The notes under the pieces are model-generated. The model did no database searches, was not told the DNA's origin, and worked only from the letters and a program-made list of their open reading frames with translations. This document shows, piece by piece, positions 57,099 to 64,000 of a stretch of 64,000 bases of DNA. The stretch is from contig SVNM01000001.1 of assembly GCA_015066875.1 (NCBI GenBank), positions 7,815-71,814 on the forward strand, read 5' to 3'. This DNA comes from Ruminococcus sp. (GTDB taxonomy: Bacteria; Bacillota; Clostridia; Oscillospirales; Ruminococcaceae). Numbering within the stretch: position 1 is the first letter of the stretch; each line of letters opens with the position of its first letter. The position numbers were made by a program, and so were the translations under genes.

Positions 57099-57428
57099 AT
57101 GGAAGAAAGAGAAATGACGGAGCGTATCCGTCAGAAGAAGTTCTTTAAGAATAACGGCATTGTTCTTAAAGGCATCAACCTGCTCAGAACAAAATATGTG
57201 CAGCTCTCTGAACTGAGATATGCGCTGGAGCCCACCATCACCGAGTCGGAGCTGAGGGATAGTATTAATTATCTTTCTGAAAGTGGATATATTAAGCTGA
57301 GAACAATCAATTCGAAGCAGGAAACCACTCTCGCAGATTCGGATTTTGAAAACGTCGAGGCGAAAGTCTCTGCCGATGGTATCAAAATTATTGCTTGTGT
57401 TAAAACAGACGAGTGCATAGATGTGTAG
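57099..57428 (+). CDS. Winged-helix-like phage protein (Mu gp26-like position)
   Basis: SINYLSESGYI...SADGI pattern. Confidence 0.65.
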   Translation: MEEREMTERIRQKKFFKNNGIVLKGINLLRTKYVQLSELRYALEPTITESELRDSINYLSESGYIKLRTINSKQETTLADSDFENVEAKVSADGIKIIACVKTDECIDV

Positions 57429-57439
57429 GCGGTGAGCTT

Positions 57440-57979
57440 ATGGGACATAGAAAACATTCAAAAATTGATAAACTCGAACCTGCGGTAAAAGAGACTGTTG
57501 ACGAGATGATAAAGACAGGAGCTTATTACCGTGAAATTGTTGATTATATAAAGTCGCACGGCGTAAGCATTTCCCTCGCTGCAGTCGGTAATTACGCTAA
57601 GAACCTTATGAGCACATTGGATGCATTGCGTATGAGTCAGGAAAACTTCCGGGCAATTATGGAAGAGACTGACAAATATCCGAATCTTGACATTACTGAC
57701 GGAATTTTAAGGTTACTTAGTAATCAGATACTCGAGGCAATCAACAAGATGCCTGAAGAACAGCTTCAGGAACTTGATTTTGAAACGCTTTCCAAAAATG
57801 CGATTGCTCTTACCAGAGCTGCAGCATATAAGAAGCAGATTGACATTAAAAACAAGGATATTCTTGAAAATGGTGCAGATCAGTTCAAGAACCTTATTTT
57901 CGAGGCAATGGCTGCAGAACGTCCGGAGCTGTATAAAGAGGTTAAAAAGTTCCTCAAGTCCAAGCAGGAAGCCGGGTGA
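57440..57979 (+). CDS. Mu gp27-like (DUF3486) putative small terminase
   Basis: RKHSKIDKL...YREIVDYI...GVSISLAAVGNY...PELY. Confidence 0.8.
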   Translation: MGHRKHSKIDKLEPAVKETVDEMIKTGAYYREIVDYIKSHGVSISLAAVGNYAKNLMSTLDALRMSQENFRAIMEETDKYPNLDITDGILRLLSNQILEAINKMPEEQLQELDFETLSKNAIALTRAAAYKKQIDIKNKDILENGADQFKNLIFEAMAAERPELYKEVKKFLKSKQEAG

Positions 57980-57984
57980 TAAAT

Positions 57985-58470
57985 ATGGAAGTATATGTAT
58001 TACAAATCCAGCCCGGGTATGAAAAATATGCGGCAAGAGCGCTGAGACAAAGAGGTTTTAATTCGATGTGCCCAATCACGGAAGCAATAATCCGAAAAGG
58101 CGGACAGTGGCACAGGCGAGAAAAACTTGTATTTACACAGTACATTTTTGTCGAGTGTGATCTTACTGATGAAGCGTACTATCGTATCAAATCTGTGTGC
58201 GGTGTAGTGCGTTTTCTGGGGCACGGTAAACCTGAACCACTACCAACTGATGAATCGTTATACATCAAGTTCTTACACAACGGTGATAAGATTATTGAAG
58301 CTTCTAAGGTTTATGTAACAGGTACTGGCGAGAAGATGATACTCTCAGGCTTGCTCAGAGAATATACAAATAATATTATAGGTCTTGATCTCAGGCAGCG
58401 AAGAGCCGATGTAGCGATAACGCTGCACGGCAAGCGCCATGTGATTACACTGCCTGTAATAAGTATTTAA
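57985..58470 (+). CDS. NusG paralog antiterminator (LoaP-like)
   Basis: NGN domain (YVLQIQPGYE...IRKGGQW...LVFTQYIFV...GVVRFLG...PEPL) plus KOW-like C-terminus (ILSGLL...LDLRQRRA). Confidence 0.85.
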   Translation: MEVYVLQIQPGYEKYAARALRQRGFNSMCPITEAIIRKGGQWHRREKLVFTQYIFVECDLTDEAYYRIKSVCGVVRFLGHGKPEPLPTDESLYIKFLHNGDKIIEASKVYVTGTGEKMILSGLLREYTNNIIGLDLRQRRADVAITLHGKRHVITLPVISI

Positions 58471-58495
58471 AGACCATTTAAAAACAGCACGATTA

Positions 58496-58590
58496 CATCA
58501 GTACGGTTGATTCGTCCCGTGCTGATGAGCGTGTGTGTATATAACCGGAACGGATTTTGAAATGAGAAAATCCGAATGGCGAAGCACGCC
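58496..58590 (+). ncRNA. Candidate antitermination cis-RNA (bulged UUCG hairpin plus second domain)
   Basis: CAUCAGUACGG-UU-GA-UUCG-UC-CCGUGCUGAUG; GCGUG/CACGC enclosing CGGAUUUU/AAAAUCCG and UGGCGAAG. Confidence 0.6.
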
Positions 58591-58736
58591 CGCAAAAATA
58601 TGCGTTTAAAATGTGTTTAACACCGCTTGTATGTGTTTAAAAGAATTCGGCGGTCAAATTACCCTAATAAAATTCAAAGGGCAAAAAAAGGGCAAAATAA
58701 GCCCTTATTTTTTATTCATTGAAAGGAGACGTTAAT

Positions 58737-59090
58737 GTGAGCAGTATAAAAAAGAAAAGTATCAAGTCTCTGGCTGATGGACTCTTTAAGTTTGAAGATA
58801 GTAAAAACGCTGTCAAAAACTCTGATTATACAGATTTAAACAGCTTTATAAAGGATTTTCTTAATACGCCTGAACCGAAGCAGCGTAAAAAACTGGCTGA
58901 AGAATTCAAAAAGCGTCACCTCGAGCTGTATGAATTTATAAAAACAAACGCTTCACTTATTGCTGCTGAAACGGAAATTGCAAAAACAGTAAACGCAGCA
59001 CTTGCCGGTGAGGAACAGGCAGCTGAAAACAAGCAGCTCACCAATCTCCTTGAAATGATAGCTCAGAGCATGGAGAGTGACGGCAAATGA
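58737..59090 (+). CDS. Hypothetical protein preceding the terminase (possible TerS or chimeric remnant)
   Basis: AAAGGAG RBS, GTG start, overlaps the TerL start. Confidence 0.65.
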   Translation: MSSIKKKSIKSLADGLFKFEDSKNAVKNSDYTDLNSFIKDFLNTPEPKQRKKLAEEFKKRHLELYEFIKTNASLIAAETEIAKTVNAALAGEEQAAENKQLTNLLEMIAQSMESDGK

Positions 59091-60370
59091 TGTATGAGGA
59101 ATTTTCTCCTAAGCAGCTTAAGTCAATGTTTTGGTGGCAGATGCCTGAAACAAAAGACTGCGACGCTATTGTTTGTGACGGCTCAGTTCGTTCAGGAAAA
59201 ACAATGTCAATGACCATAGGCTTTGTGTTCTGGAGCGGCACTTGCTTTAACGGTGAGAGCTTTGCATTCTGCGGCAAAACAATAGACTCTCTTAAGCGTA
59301 ATGTTATAACTCCGATGCAAAAATGGCTTGAGGGTGTTGCAACTCCTAAAATTAATCTGAGCAGGAACTGCTGTGAAATTACTATTGGAAAAAACACCAA
59401 TCGTTTTTACTTTTTCGGTGGCAAGGACGAAAGCTCGTATCAGTTGATTCAGGGTTTGACTCTTGCCGGAGTTCTTTTTGATGAAGCAGCTCTGATGCCT
59501 CGTTCTTTCATTGAGCAGGCTATTGCACGATGTTCCGTCAGCGGTTCCAAATTCTGGTTTAACTGTAACCCTGATAATCCGCATCACTGGTTTAATGTTG
59601 AGTGGATTGACGAACAAGGCGAAAAAGCAGAAGCGGTAAAAGCAAAAAACCGTCTGCACTTGCATTTTACAATGAAAGACAACTATGCACTGTCGGAAAC
59701 AGTAAGAGAACGTTATGAGCGAATGTATTCAGGTGTGTTCTACGATCGATACGTATTAGGGCGCTGGACATCGGCTGATGGCATCATATATCAGCAGTTC
59801 GCCGAGAATCCGCAGGCGTTTGTTATTGATACTCCCCCCGATGATATTGTTTTCTGTAATATCGGCTGGGACTTCGGCGGCAACGGATCCGCTCATGCAG
59901 GTATCTGTACAGGTTTCAGCAGGGCTTACCGTAAGGTGGTCATCCTCGAGGAGTATTACAGAAAGGAAATAATCTCTCCTGAAGAATTGGAACGTGATTT
60001 TGTAAACTTTGTGAAGAAATGTCAGGGCAAATACAAAGTATTTGATTCTTATCCTGATTCTGCAGAACAGGTGCTTATCAAAGGTTTTCGAAAAGCCTGC
60101 TCCAAAGCTCACGTGCCAATTGAAATACATAACGCACGTAAATCTGAAATATTAGGTCGTATACGCTTTACAGATATGATAATGTCTCAGGGCAGGTTTG
60201 CTGTAATGAGACATTGCAAACATGTGATTGAAGCTCTTAAGACTGCTGTTTGGGACAGTGACAGCAGTGAAGATGTACGTCTTGATGATGGTAATTATAA
60301 CATTGACAGCCTTGACGCATTTGAATATAGCTTCGAGGCGAAAATGAATGAAATTATAGAAATGGGGTGA
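59087..60370 (+). CDS. terL: Terminase large subunit, PBSX family
   Basis: DGSVRSGKT, GGKDESS, LFDEAAL, NCNPDNPHHWF, GWDFG, DSLDAFEY. Confidence 0.92.
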   Translation: MMYEEFSPKQLKSMFWWQMPETKDCDAIVCDGSVRSGKTMSMTIGFVFWSGTCFNGESFAFCGKTIDSLKRNVITPMQKWLEGVATPKINLSRNCCEITIGKNTNRFYFFGGKDESSYQLIQGLTLAGVLFDEAALMPRSFIEQAIARCSVSGSKFWFNCNPDNPHHWFNVEWIDEQGEKAEAVKAKNRLHLHFTMKDNYALSETVRERYERMYSGVFYDRYVLGRWTSADGIIYQQFAENPQAFVIDTPPDDIVFCNIGWDFGGNGSAHAGICTGFSRAYRKVVILEEYYRKEIISPEELERDFVNFVKKCQGKYKVFDSYPDSAEQVLIKGFRKACSKAHVPIEIHNARKSEILGRIRFTDMIMSQGRFAVMRHCKHVIEALKTAVWDSDSSEDVRLDDGNYNIDSLDAFEYSFEAKMNEIIEMG

Positions 60371-60376
60371 TATAGT

Positions 60377-61801
60377 ATGGATATACAGGCGATAAAACAG
60401 GCTTTCCCACAGAGAAATATCCCATTGGTGGGATCGTATTACAGCGAATATATCGAAAAATGGAAAAAAATCTTTGAAAATAATCCCCCTTGGAAAAAAG
60501 TGAAAAAGGGCGGATTATATAAAAAAGGTACCCGTGATATGAATACATTAAACGCTGCTAAAGTTTTGTGTGACTGCTTTTCCGAGCTCACGTTTTCAGA
60601 ACAGTGTGAGATAACGATTGACGATGATGAGTATCAGAAGTATATCAATGAAGAGCTGGAACGAAACGGTTTCTGGGATAATATGCCTGAACTGATAAGC
60701 AATGCCTATGCTCTGGGCGGCTGTGCTATTAAAGTTTATGAAAAAATCGCAAAACCCCGAATCAACTATGTTCATGCAGATAAGTTTCTTCCCGTTAGCT
60801 GGACAGGAAAAACAGTTACCGACGGTTCTTTCGTCACTGTATCTCAGAAAAACGGAAGATATTACACTCTTATTGAAATGGAAAGCAGCGGCAAGGTTGA
60901 ATATAAACTTTTCAAGTCAGAAACACGGAGCACGCTGGGTGTGCCGTGCAAATTAAGCGAATTATACAATTGTGATGATGTAACAAATTATGGTACAGAT
61001 GTACCGATGTTTGCATATTTCAAGCCCTGTGTAAGTAATAACGCTGAATATGACACTCCCCTCGGTATGAGCATCTACGCCAATGCGATCGACACTTTAA
61101 AGGCTCTTGACGTTGCTTTCGACAGTTTCTCAAGGGAGTTTGAACTTGGCAAGAAAAGAATTATCGTTCCTTCTTCCGCAATACAAACTGTAGTTGATAC
61201 TAATACTGGTAACCTTGTAAAATACTTTGATTCTGATGATGAAGCCTTTGTTGCGCTTAAGTCTGATGATAAGGACAACCTTAAAATTACTGATAACACA
61301 GTCGAACTTCGTGTTCAGGAACACGTTTCTGCTATTAATGCTCTGCTTAACGTTCTTTGTTTTCAGGTCGGACTATCTCCGGGTACACTATCTTTTGACG
61401 CTGTTCAGGGCATGAAAACCGCAACTGAAGTTATTTCGCAGGATAGCAAAACTGCACGAACCATAAAGTCCAATAAGAATTTGCTGACAGAAGCTATAGA
61501 AACTGTTATTCACGCTCTTATCGCCGTAGGTGTACATACCGGAGCAATAAGCCGAAAGAACTACGAAGTTACAATAGGCTGGAAGGACAACATTGTAATT
61601 GATGATAATACACTTATTGACAATAATATCAAGCTTGTACAGGCAGGACTTAAATCCAAAGTCAAAGCAATTATGGAGGTGCAGAAATGTGATGAAGAAA
61701 CCGCCCTGAAGGAGCTTGAACGAATTACCAAAGAGGCTCAGATAACAGGTCTATCCGTTGATGATTTTATGAACGGTGGCGAAAATTATGACGAAGCTTG
61801 A
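60377..61801 (+). CDS. Portal protein (A118/SPP1 Gp6-like)
   Basis: PLGMSIYANAIDTLKALD...EFELGKKRIIVP...KTATEV. Confidence 0.88.
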   Translation: MDIQAIKQAFPQRNIPLVGSYYSEYIEKWKKIFENNPPWKKVKKGGLYKKGTRDMNTLNAAKVLCDCFSELTFSEQCEITIDDDEYQKYINEELERNGFWDNMPELISNAYALGGCAIKVYEKIAKPRINYVHADKFLPVSWTGKTVTDGSFVTVSQKNGRYYTLIEMESSGKVEYKLFKSETRSTLGVPCKLSELYNCDDVTNYGTDVPMFAYFKPCVSNNAEYDTPLGMSIYANAIDTLKALDVAFDSFSREFELGKKRIIVPSSAIQTVVDTNTGNLVKYFDSDDEAFVALKSDDKDNLKITDNTVELRVQEHVSAINALLNVLCFQVGLSPGTLSFDAVQGMKTATEVISQDSKTARTIKSNKNLLTEAIETVIHALIAVGVHTGAISRKNYEVTIGWKDNIVIDDNTLIDNNIKLVQAGLKSKVKAIMEVQKCDEETALKELERITKEAQITGLSVDDFMNGGENYDEA

Positions 61802-63629
61802 AATGATGCAGCACAGTCAAGGACTGAGCAATCTTTATACAGGGCTTGAAACTGACCTTATTGCTAATATCGCTGAATACCTGAAGCGTGGAGATATAGC
61901 CAGCACTACAGCACAGTGGAAGATGCAGATGCTTGCTCAGCTCGGTGCTCTGGATAAGGCAAATCTTAAGACGATTGCTGAATATGCAGAATTAACACCG
62001 GAAATGTTGACTGAAACACTTGAGGCTGCAGCTCTTACAGCAATTGGAGAGCTTGAACCGGGATTTCAAGAGCTCGCTCGTGACGGAATAATTAATGGTA
62101 CTGAAGTTCCAATTGAGAGCACAATGGAAAGAGCTCTGGAAGCCTACTACAAACAGGCAAAAGACGATATGAATATGGTAAATACAACTATGCTCTATAA
62201 GTCAAAATCCGCAGCTCAGAGGCTTATCAATGATACAGCAGAGCTTGCCAATAAACAATCCTTTCTGAATATGCTCAGCAAAGCTGCAGGTAAAACTGTT
62301 ACAGGAGCTGAAAGCCGACAGGCGGCAATGCGGCAGTGTATTAAGGAAATGTCCGACAAGGGCATTCCTGCTTTTGTGGATAAGCTTGGGCGTGAATGGT
62401 CGCCTGAAGCTTACATAAATATGAATATACGCACTACTGTTGCCAATACGGCTCATCAGGCACAGTTTGACCGTATGGATGATTATGACCTTAATCTTGT
62501 CGAAGTCTCCAGTCATTCGGGTGCACGTCCGAAATGTGCCAAAGACCAGGGTAAAATCTTCAATCGCAGTGGCAAAGGTGGAGTTACTGAAGATCTCAAC
62601 GGAAAGAAGATCCGTTACTATGCGTGGAGCGAATCTTCTTATGGAGAGCCTGACGGTCTGCTTGGTATCAACTGCGGTCATCAGATCTATCCATTTGTTC
62701 CCGGTATATCCCGTCAGACATATTTCCCCTATGATGAAGAGGAGAATAATGAGCTGTATCAGAAGATGCAAAGGCAACGTGAGCTTGAACGGCGTGTGCG
62801 AAAGTCAAAGCGTGAGTGCTTGACGCTTGAGAAGCTTGGCGATGCCAAAGGTCTTGAAAAGGCTTCTGTTACTCTGAAACAGCGTCAGGATGCATTGAAG
62901 CAATACTGCTCTGACAACGGTTTAAGTTACAAGCCCGACAGAACCGCTGTTGTGGGATATAACAGGGCTGTGGCAGGAAATGTGAGAAAATCGTTGACTT
63001 CGGTTAAAACCAGTCAGTATTTTAGAGCTATCAAATACGGCGAAAGCACTACTGTTAAGCGTGGAAGCGTGGAACTCACAATGCGTCGTGTAACCACCAC
63101 AAATAATAATATAAGCGTTTCTACAGGTTGCAAGCTTAGCCGAAAACAGCTACATAAGATTGATACTCAAACAACTAAAGCAATAAAAAAACTCCACGCT
63201 GTGGGTGCGGAGAATCTACCGTCAATATATGTTGTAAATCACAATGAAATGCAAACAAATGCTATTGCTTCATATAATGCTGTGAAAAATATCCTCATGA
63301 TTGATGAGAAATTCGGTGGGAATTTTAAACAGATAGCAGATTTACAGCGTGACGGAGCTTGTCCCGACAATCCAATCAGTACTGCTGTGCATGAATTACT
63401 GCACTGGAGCGATGCACAGGAATATCGGAAATATCACGGTGAAATTACTGAGGATAACTATTGGGAGTATATCGAACATCTCAATAAGAACCGAAAAATA
63501 TCACTTGACAAACTTGAAAAAAGCGGTTATAATGTGCATAATATAAGTACTTATGCTGAAGTTTCCTATAAAAATGGAGATTACGATGAAGTGTTTACAG
63601 AATACCGAGTAAAAAAACTGTTGAGGTGA
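61788..63629 (+). CDS. Minor capsid protein 2 (MuF-type) with C-terminal HExxH extension
   Basis: GREWS, VSSHSGARPKC...QG, GINCGH, QRELERRVRKSKR; extension VHELLH...ISTYA...EVFTE. Confidence 0.85.
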   Translation: MTKLEMMQHSQGLSNLYTGLETDLIANIAEYLKRGDIASTTAQWKMQMLAQLGALDKANLKTIAEYAELTPEMLTETLEAAALTAIGELEPGFQELARDGIINGTEVPIESTMERALEAYYKQAKDDMNMVNTTMLYKSKSAAQRLINDTAELANKQSFLNMLSKAAGKTVTGAESRQAAMRQCIKEMSDKGIPAFVDKLGREWSPEAYINMNIRTTVANTAHQAQFDRMDDYDLNLVEVSSHSGARPKCAKDQGKIFNRSGKGGVTEDLNGKKIRYYAWSESSYGEPDGLLGINCGHQIYPFVPGISRQTYFPYDEEENNELYQKMQRQRELERRVRKSKRECLTLEKLGDAKGLEKASVTLKQRQDALKQYCSDNGLSYKPDRTAVVGYNRAVAGNVRKSLTSVKTSQYFRAIKYGESTTVKRGSVELTMRRVTTTNNNISVSTGCKLSRKQLHKIDTQTTKAIKKLHAVGAENLPSIYVVNHNEMQTNAIASYNAVKNILMIDEKFGGNFKQIADLQRDGACPDNPISTAVHELLHWSDAQEYRKYHGEITEDNYWEYIEHLNKNRKISLDKLEKSGYNVHNISTYAEVSYKNGDYDEVFTEYRVKKLLR

Positions 63630-63633
63630 TATT

Positions 63634-63807
63634 ATGAGAATATACTTTACTGATGAAATGCGAAAATTAAGGACTATATATGAGCCTTATTTAGTGAATG
63701 GTATATTAAGAAAAGACGCTCCGCAAGAAGCTGTTGATGCTGAAAAGAAATTTATGGAATTATTTGATAAGGAAAAACAAAGAACTGTGGATTTAATTCT
63801 GCATTAA
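63634..63807 (+). CDS. Small protein (57 aa), candidate immunity protein
   Basis: GAGGTG RBS; MRIYFTDEMRKLRTIYEPYLVNGILRKDAPQEAVDAEKKFMELFDKEKQRTVDLILH. Confidence 0.65.
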   Translation: MRIYFTDEMRKLRTIYEPYLVNGILRKDAPQEAVDAEKKFMELFDKEKQRTVDLILH

Positions 63808-63880
63808 AACCGCTCCTGAGTGAGCGGTTTTCTCATACCCTAAAACACGAATTTAAACGCTCTTTTAAGAGCGTTTTTAT
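63806..63880 (+). terminator. Two tandem intrinsic terminators inside the late operon
   Basis: AAAACCGCTC/GAGCGGTTTT (63806-63831) and AAACGCTCTT/AAGAGCGTTTTT (63855-63878). Confidence 0.7.
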
Positions 63881-63912
63881 TATGCTTAAATTTATGAAAT
63901 GAGGTTGTTATT

Positions 63913-64000
63913 ATGTATGGATTTTCTTACAGCGGAGCTTTGGATTGCTTAATTGTGCGTCCCCCTCGCCTTGTATCGGATTACAGTATGTATGTTGCCG
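63913..64000 (+). CDS. Start of the next phage gene (truncated by the window end)
   Basis: GAGG RBS, MYGFSYSGALDCLIVRPP..., open to the window end. Confidence 0.4.
   Translation, partial: MYGFSYSGALDCLIVRPPRLVSDYSMYVA

Larger units (their letters stand above)
45071..64000 (+). mobile_element. Mu-like transposable prophage, left part (continues beyond the window)
   Basis: TG terminus, repressor at the left end, MuA DDE transposase, MuB ATPase, GemA, Mor, gp27-like gene, terminase, portal; no integrase seen. Confidence 0.92.

Noticed and set aside
58520-58590. Third hammerhead suggested by CTGATGAG
   Set aside because: No correctly placed GAAA/NUH with stems I and III; CTGATG is part of the UUCG hairpin stem
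45071-64000. Diversity-generating retroelement or invertible tail cassette, as in some gut Mu-like phages
   Set aside because: No reverse transcriptase, TR/VR pair or invertase in this window; the tail region lies outside it

Overview
This is a chromosomal window from a cellulosome-producing Ruminococcus-like bacterium (Oscillospiraceae), inferred from dockerins of the R. flavefaciens style and clostridial gene order. Positions 1-45070 are host DNA. They carry glgA, a Tyr T-box controlling an unknown gene plus tyrS, feoA-feoB, a dockerin-bearing HExxH protein, tRNA-Thr, and the run miaB-ylbF-mutS-mutL-miaA-hfq-yggS-sepF-ylmH-divIVA-ileS-lspA-rluD. Further on are a split transketolase, galK, a MoxR/DUF58/transglutaminase operon, a MATE gene behind a probable guanidine-IV riboswitch, tRNA-Leu, a 310-bp palindromic element and a pectin locus (AraC-type regulator, PL11 lyase with dockerin, truncated ricin-domain gene). 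From 45071 to the end lies the left part of a Mu-like transposable prophage that interrupts that last gene. It encodes an S24 repressor, MuA, MuB, GemA, Mor and a gp27-like protein, but its head module (PBSX-type TerL, A118/SPP1-type portal, minor capsid 2) is not Mu-type. The strongest candidates for new biology are RNA-level controls in this prophage: (i) a LoaP-like NusG paralog followed by a bulged UUCG hairpin RNA and terminators in the late operon, and (ii) two type II hammerhead ribozymes bracketing the MuA-MuB module. Also notable are a MuF-type capsid toxin/immunity pair and an Ile-Ile uORF/hairpin upstream of ileS where a T-box would usually be. All family assignments come from motif recognition by eye; no searches were run.
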